In this document: one piece after another, positions 11,501 to 24,696 of the stretch
Layout: each line of letters starts with the position of its first letter
How positions within the stretch are numbered: the first letter of the stretch is position 1
Assembly: GCA_030264375.1 (NCBI GenBank)
Contig: JASCQW010000190.1
Location: 44,046,321 to 44,106,283 of the forward strand
Direction of reading: 5' to 3'
Length of the DNA stretch: 59,963 bases
Source of the DNA: Carcharhinus longimanus
Taxonomy: Eukaryota
Notes under the pieces: model-generated
What the model saw: only the letters and a program-made list of their open reading frames with translations
What the model was told of the DNA's origin: nothing
Database searches by the model: none
Position numbers and translations under genes: made by a program

Positions 11501-12332
11501 TTAAATATGTATTTCAAGTTCATATTGGACTGCCAATTACATTTAATTCAAATATTAGCATCCGGTAGGCTTGTTAAAATACAATGGTTTGTTCCTTCCT
11601 CAATACCTGTCAGAGTTATGACACCTGTTCTGAAGCTGTCAGTTATCACAACAAATAGGCTGTGTAAGTCAATTTTTAACCCATTATGTATTGCGTTGTT
11701 AAAGAAGAAAGCCTGACATGGTGCGCCATGAACAAAAGGGCTTCATTTTTGTGACAGTGATGCTTATAAAGTTTTGTTTGCTGAATTGCTGACCTGAGCC
11801 CAATGGGATGAGAGGAAATATTGCGATGATTCCTGCACGTGCACACACACATCCGCACCCCCACAAAAGCTGCTGAGACAGCTGCTCACCCATTCAACCA
11901 TATTGAAAGCCCAAAATGGAACAAATCATATTAATATGAGAAAAGCAGAAACTGAAGTGGGACCATAAAGCAGATTATTAGTACATGGCCAAGTTCCACT
12001 CTGTTTTCACTTGGCAAAGCATCATGCCATTAGGACCTGTGTATGGCACAATGACAGTCTTGTCAAGGACCTGAAAATTATTTAAGTGAAGTGATGGCTT
12101 CATAATGGACTCCCAATCTCTGAACAACGTTCCAATTAGCCAGGCTGTTTATTGCTGGAGTCAATGAATCATGTTATGGTCACTTCTCAAAGTGGATTGT
12201 GTTTGATAGTTACCACAGTTATCTTCTTGCTCTCAATGAGAGAATTGTCAGTTTCTGGACTGTTTTTGATTACACCAGTGAAATGTGAAGTGTCTGCCTT
12301 TCTTTCTCCTCTTAAGTCTCCCAACTGTTGGT

Positions 12333-12442
12333 TGAAGAAAGAATTTGCATTATACTGTGCCTTTCATGACACTCGACATCCTAAAGAGCTTTATAAGCAA
12401 TTAAATACTTTTGAAGTAAATTCGCTATTGTAATGTAGGTTG
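12333..12442 (-). mobile_element. Deu-domain (SacSINE1/AmnSINE-like) SINE 3' tail
   Basis: Reverse complement of cctacattacaa...aaagtatttaattg...tttaggatgtc...tgaaaggcac...tgcaa. Confidence 0.6.
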
Positions 12443-13384
12443 TTGACCAGTGGAATTCCACAGATATCCCACCGGGCACCACAATACTGGTTCAGAAGCA
12501 CGATCAGAGGATAAATTTAGAGCAAGTCTGTTTATCTCTTAAGCACTTGAGATGTAATTACCCTTACCCCATTCTTGTATGCAGAGACAGATTAGTGCAC
12601 ATCCTTCCAGAAGATAGCTGAACTAAAACTGTTGTGAAAGCTCCCAGAAGCAGACAGGGTTATTCATATCGAAAGTGCTTGCAACCAGAAATTTCATTCA
12701 GTAGGACAAGTTGGGTTCCTTTAAGCAGGATGTGAAACAGAGAGAGATTTAATGCTGACACAGAAATAGGACAAGGCTTCATCAATGAGAACCCACATTT
12801 CCTGATTCCGAGTTACCCTTCGACCACTTAAAAGTTCAGCTTTGAGACCATCCAAATTCGGCACATAAACAAATTGTCTAAACGGATCATCTGCACACAG
12901 ACACTATGACTCTCCTGGAGAAACTGCAACAGAAGTATTTAATCCTCTTCATTTAGACATTGAAATGATTCCAAGGGCAGGGATATTTAATCCGTGGCTG
13001 CTTTAAGCCCTTGTGCCATTGGTTCTTTCTGTATTGCCTTTATTTTTCCTCAGCTTCCTATTTGTCTTGAGTAAATAATACAAAATTCCTCAAATCACCA
13101 AATTCATACTAACTTTAGTCAGTTTTGATCAGGTAAGGTGCAATTTTGTGATATTGCAGGTAGCTGTGCAGGTCCATGGCAATGTCTCTCAAACCAATGG
13201 AGCAGCTTTTTGTATTGTGTACAGTTCCTAGGGAAAAAGTGCAAGTTTAATCTGTTGCACTCCTGGCTTCTGGTTGTATTTTTCTGAATGCAGGTCATAT
13301 TTGTAAAGCTGAAACTGTTTTTGTCATCAAAGGAAACAAGAGTGTGCAACAATTACAATGCATTTGTTTTTATTTTTGGAGACT

Positions 13385-13680
13385 GTGGATAAAATTTTGT
13401 GGTCCACTACGTGGGGGGTGGGAGGAGGTGGACAAGGCCTTGGGCAATCCACCCATCCTCATCCCAATTGAGGTCCTGAAATGGCCAATTAATGCCCATT
13501 CAAGGGCCACTTCCTGCCTGACTGAAATGCCCTGGCTGGTGGAAGTGGGGTGGGTGGTCAGTGGACAGGCCAGAAGCCCAGCAGGTAAGCCAGCTTGTGG
13601 ATTGGCTGGGAAAGGGGAGGTGCCTTCTTCACGGGCCTCCTTTTCCAAATGGAGGCTCCTTCCAATGTCTATCATAATTT
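13385..13680. mobile_element. Non-autonomous DNA-transposon-like repeat (same family as 630-1220)
   Basis: cccaattgaggtcctgaaatggccaattaatgcccattcaagggcc. Confidence 0.5.
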
Positions 13681-14082
13681 GAGCCCCAACTCTCTACTCA
13701 ATATGGTTGAATTTTCTTTCAACAGCAGCAAATGTGGTAGGAAGAGAGGGGAATGGGAGGGTGGGATTACTTCTATTGGAGAATTGTGTAATTTGGAAAA
13801 ATCTGGTCCCAAACTAACAGGACTGTCCTGGCATGGCATTGAAGGTTTGAATAAATTAAAACACAGAAAGAGGCCCCTTTGTTGACCTTGTCCAAAGTTT
13901 CACTAACAATGAAAACCTACTCTGCAGCCAAGGCAAAAACTCCCATGAATTGCACTTGAAATATTTTGTTTTTCACTCCTCATGGCTTACAATAATTCGA
14001 TTCATTGTTAATGTTCTGGAAAACAAGTGACGGTTAGATTAATTGTTCTGCTTACTTTGGCAGACACTCTGTTAGTTATCCA

Positions 14083-14395
14083 CAAAGTTATCCGCTTTGG
14101 CAGAAATAATAGGCGGGATTACTATTTAAAAGGCGAAAAACTGCAGCATGCTACAGTGCAGAGGGACCTGGGGGTCCTTGTGCATGAGTTGCAAAAACCC
14201 AGTCTGCAGGTGCAGCANNNNNNNNNNNNNNNNNNNNNNNNNNNNNNNNNNNNNNNNNNNNNNNNNNNNNNNNNNNNNNNNNNNNNNNNNNNNNNNNNNN
14301 NNNNNNNNNNNNNNNNNCATGATCTTATTGAATGGTGGGACAGGCTCGAAGGGCTAGATGGCCTACTCCTGCTCCTATTTCTTATGTTCTTATGT
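14083..14395 (+). mobile_element. Young CR1 LINE spanning a gap
   Basis: KVIRFGRNN...QRDLGVLVH; 3' end gatcttattgaatgg...ctcctgctcctatttcttatgttcttatg. Confidence 0.88.
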
Positions 14396-17300
14396 TACAA
14401 AATCCTACCTGAATTTCTCCATCAAATCTTCTCCCCGCAGTATTAAAGTTACCAGCATTCATTGTTACAATGAATTTATGTTTATATTGATATTAAAATA
14501 CTTTACTACCCCTCTCCTTAGCTGCTATTCTTTAAAATGGTGCGATTAATGTCACCGGTCTTGTTACTGCTGTCTAGAAGTGTGATTCCTAGAATATTCT
14601 GGGGTGCAAACTGGACAGTATCGGATTCTCTACACATTACATGCAGTGTCTAATATTCGGCTGCACTGCACCATCCCAAGACTAATTTCTTACCCTCTAT
14701 TTTCTCCTGATCTGACTGGTTTTGAGATAATTCTGCTCAAAATTCCTCATGAAGACTGGCACTCAACATGTTTGCCAAATGCTCTGTCAATTTAAACTCT
14801 AGCCATTGTCTTTTAAAGCCAGTTTGCTTTTATGATTCACCATAGAAACCATCTCTGAGATGTCCCGTGGAGCACTTCACTCACTATATCCAATGCTGAT
14901 TTCAGTAAGTTGGCATCAGAAGTATCATTTCATCTTAACATAGTGTTATTAGGACTGGTCCCATACAGTAAATACAAAAGCTTCTGTGAATATACAGTAT
15001 TTTGCCAATATCTAATTAGAGAAATGGCTGAATTTCTGACCATCAGTCTGAAACATTCACCTGCCTTTCCTCTTTCCATGGTTCTGTTCTTATTTTGAAA
15101 TTGATTTCCAGATTTTTTTCTAGTTTATTTTCTTTTCCCTTTTATCACCACTTTTTTCAATGGTTTTTGGAACTCCCTGAGATCACACAGTGCCTGTCAT
15201 CCTGAATATTAAACTGAAGAAACAAGAAATCTGTGCAAGAAGAAAGCAGGAAATTGAGTTGGTGCTTTGCAGCTTTATAACTGCAATTTAGAAGCTGTGG
15301 GTTGTTCCACGCAACGGAGAAAGCAGAAAGCTGATATACAGCAGAAAACCCCACTGTTGGTATTCTTCAGGCTACGGAGTGAATCTGACTGGGTAAAATA
15401 ATTAAATTGTTTGAGCGAGTGACATAGATCCAGCAGAGAATAGTGCCTTTGAATGTAATGAATTTTTACAGATGTGGAAATGTGTCCCCTCATTCAATTA
15501 GATAATGTCTCATCTGTACTTCTGCCCTTTTCACTTTACCTTCACGTAACCCTTGATAACTTGTTTACCAAAGATGGATCAGTCTTAGACTTGAAATCTT
15601 CAATTGTCCAAAAACCTTCTGAGAGACAGAATTCCCGAAGTACACTTCTGTGTGAAAATTTGCTTCTAGATTTGATGCCATAAATAGTCTGACGTTAATA
15701 TTAAAATTATGTCTTCCTTGTCCCTGGTTCCCTCACCAGAGGAAGCAGTTTCGGAGTTCCTATCCGACTAAATCCTTGTGATGTTTCAAGCATCTCAGTC
15801 AGATCACCCCTCAGTCTTTTGCACTGAGTGGGATAAAAATCATGTTCAAGAAACCTGACCACCTAATTTATTAAGACAAAGATACAATTTTAAATTCTTT
15901 AACTTGATTCCAAGGTGAGCTTTTCAAAGGAATCCATAATGAATTTCTACACTCATGGAATGCTTTTTCCATATTAAAGCAGGGTGAAAAAGACCTTCTG
16001 GTTTATCATCACTTTGATTATCACACAAAGAGCTTTGCCCACTTCAAATCACTAAACTGATGGGCAGTTGGTTGATCTGACCTGCCCCTCACCAAGGTGG
16101 CCTGGGCATCCTAACCAAACACTTTCTACCTTCCCTCCCTGCCAGAGTTATAAACACACAAGTGTGCACAGGCTGTTTAACATCTCTACAATACTTATAT
16201 TATTGCTTCAATGGTCCTTGAATAAATTAACATTAAAGAGTATTGCACAAGCTTTAGAATGTTTTATTCCAATTTTTTTTTGATTTTATGGTATTCTAGA
16301 GAAAGAGTGGCTGTGGGACTAATTAGCTCATTTGCTGAGTCAGCACATGCACAATGAGCCCAACAGTCTCCTGTGTTGTACAATTCTGACTTTTGTTTGA
16401 AGCAAAGCAAGGGATTTGTTGGCAAATGTCATCTTGCAAAGGTGAAAGCTTATTGGAAACTCTTTGTACAAGTTAAGGCTTAGTTCTGTTTTGTCCATTT
16501 AAAAAAAAAAGGTAAGATTTAAATGTAAGAAAATTAGCTCATTGATGCAGAACATTCAATGTTACAATGTCAATTTTACTTCTGATCACTGTAACATACA
16601 ATGCCTAGCTCAGTTTACTCCTGTTTGTGGTTATGCCAGACCTGAAACAGAAAAAATAATGTGGTGAAATAATTCCTCAGAGGCCAGTTTCCCTTCACCA
16701 AATTCCTTTTATTTAGAAATTCTGTTCCACTCATATTCCACTTCAGGTACGCAGTCAGAATCTGGAATGTCAGTGAACCTGACAATCCCATTTTTATATA
16801 CAAGTGAGGCTCCCTGATTGGGCAGGCAATAATTATCAATCTTTTTGGCAATAATGCAGGCAATAATTACCTCAGTCAGGGAGCTCATACTCCAAGAGCC
16901 GAGCTCATGTGTCTTGTTGAAGTCATTACATATGGGGCTGGGCTTTCACAATGTTTTTTCATCTGAACCTTATTCCTGATTGGCCAAAGAAGAAATATCG
17001 CATCAAATTGGCATTCTGATCACGAGGGACCAGAATTGTTGTGGGAACATGAGAAATATTTGGTGGAATTGGGTTAGATTCCTGACCTTGGGATTGGGGA
17101 CCATTAATAGAACAAGCATACAGGAGATTTATGTTAGAAATCATCAAGATTTATTTAATCTTAATGGTGAATGCTTGAAATGGAAAACTGTTTCATTTCC
17201 CAGCAGAGGGGTTACAACACAGAATCAAAACATTTGGCTCAACCTATTCATTCATAAAACAGTTAACTACTCTGTTCCTCTGACGGTCATCCAAACCCAC

Positions 17301-17479
17301 CAGATAGCATCATACTCATCATGGAGCATCAGATACAGGTCACGTCAGATCAAAAACGTCAAGGCCTTTTTGAATGTTATCTTTTTTATAGCATTCCCTT
17401 GCACCAACACGTGCAGAGACCCTAGGTATGATCTTACCACCTTAGCATGCTCAGCGATCAGTGTGGTGAGCTGGGAAAA

Positions 17480-18770
17480 ATAGCATACGAGGTATAAAAT
17501 CCAATGCCAAGCGCAAAACAGTTTGCTATCTTCCTGGAACCTTTTGAACGGCGCAAACTTCTTTGCGATCAGAAAGAGTATGAAGCTTATTAGCGTGAGA
17601 TTGAATGGATTTCAATATCATTGGTGAGCTTGGCTCGCCTGCTTCCCCCTCCGAAAGCTTCCCACCTCTCCAGCATGACATCACACTGGTGGGAACAATA
17701 CTGCTGTCTCAAAGTTTATATCAGGCAAATAGTAATGAAGGAGAGCGAGAAGTACCACTGAGCACCAACCCCCGATATGCAGAGGAGGTGCGGTCTCAGC
17801 CGCTGCCATGGTGCAGGATGGGGCGGGGGCTTTCATGGATGCAGGGGTTGGGGATGCTCATGCCAGTCTGAGGATCGTCAGGTCGGGGATTGCTGCTGGT
17901 TTGGGGCTCATGTTGCCTACATTCCCCCTGCCCACTGGATGACCTTCCCCCAAGGAGTTGCATATTAGGTTGAGTCCCAACCCCACTAATGTCACTGGTT
18001 GCCCTGCTATCTGTCTGCTGGACTGGCTGATATATTGCAGATATTTCATCCCAGGCCCCTCTAACAGTCATGAGCACCAGGTCTGGCAGCTGTTGCCCCA
18101 ATCACAGGAGCTCTGCAGGAGTTAACAAGGTTTCTCACGCTGCATTAACTCTTCAGTGCTCCCTATAATAGCAATTAGCTGCATGAAACTCACGAGGGTG
18201 TTTACCCACCACCTGTCTGATCTGAATGTCATTCCTGGAAGCCACTACACCAGACATTCAGGAGGGTGCATGCAGGTTTATGCTTCAAGGGTTCTCGAGG
18301 GGCTCCCCCTCACAGCCACCCTTATGCTTTCCGTGCCCACCATGGTGAGAATGTGCCAATGGTTGGCAGTCCATTGAGGTGGTGGATGGCACTGGGGATG
18401 CTGTTGGATTGCCAGCATCCAGACTCGTGGGGACACGTTGCTGGGAGGGAGTGAGGGGCTTGGGATGGATTAACCTTATGAGCTGCGCTGCCTCTGTCTC
18501 TGTCTCTCCCTCGTTCTCTGTCCGCCCCCCCCCACCCCCCCCACACCCAGGGCAAATATGGATTTCACTTAAGAGCCAGTTGAGCTGACAGTTTATATTC
18601 GTGGCTACTGAAGCGGAGGAGGGAGATGGCATCCTGCAGCAAGGACAACCCAGGCTGCAGCTGGAGGACAGGGGGCCGCCAGTCAGGAACAGGATGCAGC
18701 CACCCATTGGATTGCGGGGAGGGTGGCAGAGGAGCCAGAAAACTTTTCTGCAGAGACAGAGTTCCAGTAA
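17480..18770. mobile_element. Degraded GC-rich DNA transposon remnant, probably PIF/Harbinger
   Basis: GC-rich block in AT-rich surroundings; minus-strand DLVLMTVRGAWDEI loosely resembles a Harbinger Myb/SANT ORF; no intact ORF. Confidence 0.35.
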
Positions 18771-20129
18771 AACATCATCAAACCAGCTGTGAGTCATACA
18801 AGCAGCAATGTGATAAACAGCAGTACCTTGAAAGCAGGAGACCCCAACCTGAGTCCAGCTGAGAACCAACCTCTACCATTTGACTACAAGAAATCTCACA
18901 GACTACTGAGAATCCCCTGCTTTACAAGACATTCACTTCAACAAAACTCATCTAAGAAACTACAAGCCTGCTACAAAGGAGATGGAGACCGTCATAATTT
19001 GTAATTGTATTATTTTACTTTTACCTTTACCTATATCTAATCTTTTGTGTGTGTGTGATTAGTGTACGTGAATCTAATGAATGAGATCTTGCATTGTCTG
19101 GCTCAAGTATGTGACAATAAATGACTTCCTGATTTTTTTCAAAAATAAATGTTTGCTGCTGAGTTTATTTAAATTGGGATCATCACTTGAGGGTAAGAAA
19201 ATGCAAACATATCCATTATTGGCATTAAAAAGGAAAGAGACAAATTTTATGTGTGACACAAGTAAGGAATGGCTTTTGTTTCTTCCTTCACTGGCTGACT
19301 GCCTATCAAGAATATAACAGTGGAGATGCAAGAGAGGAGGAAGGACAAAAAAGAAATAAAAGTCAAATTTCGTCAGATGATGATTATTTAACCTGACACG
19401 TGGAGACAATGTGAAGTAGAACCCTTCTGTTGACATTGGCAGTTTACTTTAGAATACGGACTCCATAAGTGCATACAATTTTAGTTTAGGCAGGTATCAC
19501 GATTGGTGCAGGCTTGGAGGGCCAGTTCCTGTGCTGTTCTTTGTTCCTTAGGTTGGTTATGTTCTGTATATTTTAAATGAAAAATAAACCTTTAGGTAAT
19601 ACAAAATAAGTGTAATATTGGGAGCAACANNNNNNNNNNNNNNNNNNNNNNNNNNNNNNNNNNNNNNNNNNNNNNNNNNNNNAGAAGCCCAGTTTTGTTC
19701 AGAACCCAAAAGAAGTATAGCCGTGGAATGTGATTGAAATTATATGCACGACAAACTGAGCATTGACCTGTAAATAGAATTACAGAGAAAGGCTAAATGC
19801 AACCCACAGAGCTAGACTTTGCAACGGATGGGCTCCAGTCCAACTTTCTAAATGCAATGTCTGAACTTTAGCCTTTCATCTAGTCTCTGATACAAATCAA
19901 TCTCAGATTTCATGTTAACTTTTTTGAGCTTGCACACTTTAAAGCAGAGGTGTTACTATTCTATTCTATTCTTGAACAAGTTGTATATGTTCTTTTAAAA
20001 CAATGTATTGTCTGGTTATTTGAATTCAGCTATGCAAACAACACAGCAAAGTAAATATCTAATAAACAACAGTTCTTTGACTTACCAAATCATTTAAATT
20101 AAGCAATATCAATTATGTGTAAACTGTGT

Positions 20130-21260
20130 CTTGTTATCTACTATAACCTGCTCAACTTCTCCTTAGCTCAATAGGGGGTACTAGCATCATCAACCCACTC
20201 CTCCATCTTTCAAAACTGTCATCATTCTTATCCCAAACCCTGATGCCTTCAGAACTACTGCCCCATCTCAGTGGTGCCTTTTTAAGGCTTTGGAACATGC
20301 CATTGTCATTCAAAGCTGCCCCCCTGCCCCCACTCCATTTGGCTGAGATCATCCTGTTCAAAATCATCACAAATATTCTGGTGTGTTACATCCTTTCCCC
20401 CAGCCCTTGCTCTTAACGTAGTTGACATAGCCAGAAATATTATTTCCTTTGCAAACTCTTCTCCACAGTCTATCCATGTTGTACCACTCTCGCATGCATT
20501 TCGCCTGTAAAAATACAACCAGAACGTGCGCAATGGTCTTTCCTTCCATGTATGGATGACAGTTGGCTTAAGTATATTACGAGGTTTCATCTTTGGCTCA
20601 CAACTACTACTGATTTGTACATTACAGTTGTCAACATTGTGACAGGATTTTATGGCCTCACTTGTCCTGAAATCATGAAATCCCATCTGAGGTCAACAGA
20701 CCTTTTCATTGTCCATCTCCTCGCAAGTTTCGGTTCCCATGGCAGGTGGGACAGTAAAATTCCAGCCCCATGTTTGTAGAATGGGTCAGCTTCTGTATTT
20801 ATGCTTACAATGTGATGAAGCTGACTATTATAACTGTGATGCCTGACTGCATATCTAACATCATTTTGTGTATTAACTAGAAATTTCTGCTGCTTAGTAA
20901 TGACAGGACTAGGTGTCCTGTTCAACCCCCACCAGAAACCTGATTTGTCTTGAATCCTTCATCTGTACCTTCACATCCTGTGAACTGCACCTTACCTAAC
21001 TTCAACACACCCAGGATGTCACTGCCACAAACTATCCTGCACGTGTCTCGCTCACTTATCACTGTAGACTTTCCCAGCCTCCACCTGTTCTCCTCAACAA
21101 ATCCCTCCATGTAAGACTCGGCAACTTGCCCCACATCCAGAGTCCTAGTTTTTCCACTAATAACAGCATGAGGTGGGCCTTCAGCCAATTTCTTCAGCCT
21201 TGGGAACACTCCTGCACACATCTCACTTCATTCAAGTCTTTTCTCTTGCTGCAGATTACT
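20130..21260 (+). mobile_element. Highly degraded L2-clade LINE RT region
   Basis: Decayed motifs resembling TET.L.K..NDIL, FD.VDH.IL, GVPQGSILGP.LF.IY; many frameshifts. Confidence 0.55.
20641..20768. mobile_element. ~125-bp MITE inserted in the L2 remnant
   Basis: Termini gacaggattttatg ... gtaaaattccagccc; inverted relative of 56992-57101. Confidence 0.55.
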
Positions 21261-23012
21261 TCATCTTCAAAGTCCACCTTGAATCTAGTTCTTTCACCAT
21301 TCCTTTGTCAATGATCTCCACGCACACCTGCCACAATTCAGATACAATCCCAATCTATGAAACATCTTAAAGAAGTTATTTGCATTGACCACTGGCTGAT
21401 GTTAGTCATTTTACATTTGGCAGGGGAGGAGAATTTGCTCATTGTTTAAATCCAGAGCCAAATGTTTTTGTGTCTCTGAAGTTTAACCCATACAGGAAGA
21501 GATGGGCACCAGTGAAGAGTTACCTATTACTTGGAGTAGTGGGTACACATTGGAGAGATTTGTTGGCCTAACCTAATGCTAGGGGATTGATGGGCATAGT
21601 GAGTGTCCACACAAATTATTTCAACATTGTTCAGCAGCACAGTTGAGATTTTTTGGTTCTTATTTATTGTGCAGCACATTGAAAGTGGGATCCAGAACCA
21701 GCATCAGCACTGTAGAAGTTGCAATGATGTGGATGGGGGAAATAGGTGATGGCCACACATCAAATTGTTTCAAAGATTTGCAAATGCTTCATTATCCTGC
21801 ACACGTCTCTAAGTGATTAAGGATTCACATTCTTCAGGGGATGCTGGTTCAGCATTACACATCAGCATTTTAGCTTTGCTTCAGGTTTCAATTACTTTAC
21901 TGCAGTTTGTGTTTCCAGAATACATCAGCTGGAAAATCCCTCTGCTTGGTTGACTGCAAAAGATTAATTGACAGAAATGGTGCCCAAAAATAAAACTACT
22001 CAACATTTCTTTGAATTGGGCATTCCCTGAACTAGACTATTATACCAAAGTAGGCCAAAAATCCATGGCCCAGCTCCAAGCTTAAGTGCACAAATGTGAC
22101 CACCTTAGACTTTCCCTGTTGATGCCTCTTCGGAATTAGCTGCGTCAGGAGGAGGTCACCATGAAGATGCTGTGCAGGAGCAGTAGGGGTATATCTTACA
22201 GGCCCCTCTTCCCAGTTCGGTTTTTACAATTGTATGCTGGGAGTTCACCTTTATTCCCACTTCCTTCTTTGTACCTGCTCTGGTGGTGTACCAGCTCCAC
22301 ATTAATGCTGCACCGAGTCGGGATGTTTCCAGCTTTAGAATTGGGATTTCCCACCTCCCACCATGTTCCAATCCTGCTTTCTATTTTTGGGAGGATAGAG
22401 GTACCAATTCCTCCTAAGGCCCAAATTTTCCAGAAAGATAGGCCTTACACTGCATTCTGGCTGGAATTACAGCAGAAGGGACAGGAAGAGCCACAGATAT
22501 TCAACCTCAGATTGGTCAGTGAATATAATGTGTTAACTGCAAGTTTCTAGCTGAAGCTGTTGTTTATTAATGGGGTGCTTTTTACAAGGATTTTCAGAAT
22601 CTGAGCTACAACGATTAATAACAATAAACCTCAAATCAGAAAGCAGACCAACTTCTGGTCTTGAAACCACAATTCTCTGCAATTACATCCCCACTGAAAA
22701 CTTTCACGTTTCCATTAATTGCTTCGATAGATTTTTGGCTTTTTGAGCACCATCTCAGTTAAAGTTTCCCAAGTGGTGACCTCTGTGGCCTCCTTAACCC
22801 TTGCACCCTGAAGTGTCGAGGGTAGCTTTTGTTGACAGACAAGTACAAGTACCACATGAAAGCTGAGATTCGGGCCCTTGCTCCTGGCTTGAATTGTAAA
22901 TTTTAACCCCGCTGGTGCTTTAATGCAATTCTTGATATACAAAGAAACAGGTTTGAACTAAGTGATCAATATTTTGTTCCACCCGTAAATGATAATGGTA
23001 ATGTAAACAGAT

Positions 23013-23132
23013 GGGAATTTCCACTTCAGCGCTCCAGGTACATGGCAGGAAATCCTGGACTTCCAGCCTATGTTTCTCCAACCGTTAATTCTAGTGGCTG
23101 GAAGTTCCCAAGACTGAGATTTGGAATTTCCC
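23013..23132. mobile_element. ~120-bp MITE with internal hairpin
   Basis: TIRs gggaatttcca / tggaatttccc; internal ggacttccagcc...ggctggaagttcc. Confidence 0.55.
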
Positions 23133-23261
23133 CTTGTGTGTCATTCTGGGAACACCTAGGTGAAGTTTACTGACAGGAGAGAGTGAAGAATGTAGCTGCT
23201 GCAGGACATCTTTCACCCCTCTAGATCCCACACCAGTGCCAATGTGCGTTTATAAATGTCA

Positions 23262-23993
23262 ATAGGATGCAGGACTGGGCGGAGAAGTGGCAGATGGACT
23301 TCAACGCGGATAAATGTGTAGTCGTCCATTTTGGCAGNNNNNNNNNNNNNNNNNNNNNNNNNNNNNNNNNNNNNNNNNNNNNNNNNNNNNNNNNNNNNNN
23401 NNNNNNNNNNNNNNNNNNNNNNNNNNNNNNNNNNNNNNNNNNNNNNNNNNNNNNNNNNNNNNNNNNNNNNNNNNNNNNNNNNNNNNNNNNNNNNNNNNNN
23501 NNNNNNNNNNNNNNNNNNNNNNNNNNNNNNNNNNNNNNNNNNNNNNNNNNNNNNNNNNNNNNNNNNNNNNNNNNNNNNNNNNNNNNNNNNNNNNNNNNNN
23601 NNNNNNNNNNNNNNNNNNNNNNNNNNNNNNNNNNNNNNNNNNNNNNNNNNNNNNNNNNNNNNNNNNNNNNNNNNNNNNNNNNNNNNNNNNNNNNNNNNNN
23701 NNNNNNNNNNNNNNNNNNNNNNNNNNNNNNNNNNNNNNNNNNNNNNNNNNNNNNNNNNNNNNNNNNNNNNNNNNNNNNNNNNNNNNNNNNNNNNNNNNNN
23801 NNNNNNNNNNNNNNNNNNNNNNNNNNNNNNNNNNNNNNNNNNNNNNNNNNNNNNNNNNNNNNNNNNNNNNNNNNNNNNNNNNNNNNNNNNNNNNNNNNNN
23901 NNNNNNNNNNNNNNNNNNNNNNTCTTATTGAATGGCGGGGCAGGCTCGAAGGGCCAGATGGCCTACTCCTGCTCCTATTTCTTATGTTCTTAT
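23262..23993 (+). mobile_element. Young CR1 LINE, mostly assembly gap
   Basis: QDWAEKWQMDFNADKCVVVHFG, then the gap, then the same 3' end as 14318-14395. Confidence 0.88.
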
Positions 23994-24002
23994 ATGCCCA
24001 TG

Positions 24003-24392
24003 CTCACACATTTTCACACACACACACATACACACACTCGCCCTCACATTCGTTCTCTCGTACACATGCATTCTTTTATATACATTCTCATTCACTCTAT
24101 CTTACGCACTCACTCTTACACTCATTCACTCACACTCACTCTTACATATTCTCCTGCACTTGCTCCCCAGTCCCCCCTCTCTCTCTCTGTCTCTCACACA
24201 CACACTCTTGATTGGCTTTACCCCATGCCATTGGGGAAACCCACAATGGAATGCACCATTCAACAGGACTAAAAGGCCCCACCAGTCTAAACAGCCAGAA
24301 AGTTCCAACCTTGCTCTCATGCGCACCTGCTCACGCACTCTCAAACACACTCACTCATACTCTGACACACACTCCCCCTCTCTCACACTCTC
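24003..24392. repeat. Degenerate (CA)n/(CT)n low-complexity tract
   Basis: cacacacacata/cactcactc/ctctctct runs. Confidence 0.8.
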
Positions 24393-24561
24393 TAGGGTGG
24401 ACATTATTTCAACAGTATCTTCCATTGAAATTACAGAGAATGATTGGGAGAAATCCTTTGGAAATGAACAACCTGAGTTTCCGAGAAAATTGCAAGTGTG
24501 TGAATGAGAATGTGTAAAAGAGAAAATCTACATACAACTGTCAGTGTGTGAATAAGACTAT

Positions 24562-24696
24562 TGCCGAAATTCTTTGGTTTTGCATGCCCCAGTACTGCTG
24601 CCAGTCAGAATGGAGAATTTGGCGCTCAGTCAATTCTCCATTCACTGTAGCAGGACCAAAGAATCCCAGCCGTGGGCGAGTTTGGAGGATTCGGCC
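24562..24696. mobile_element. ~135-bp MITE with internal hairpin
   Basis: Termini gccgaaattct ... ggattcggcc; internal gaatggagaatt...aattctccattc. Confidence 0.55.

Noticed and set aside
16980-17483. 167-aa ORF
   Set aside because: Non-ATG start, no recognisable domain, no clear splice structure
18285-18869. 194-aa and overlapping ORFs in a GC-rich block
   Set aside because: Low stop density in a decayed transposon; no coherent protein
23267-24272. Long ORFs of 200-314 aa (also 39160-40096)
   Set aside because: Read-through of N-runs plus CR1 and microsatellite sequence
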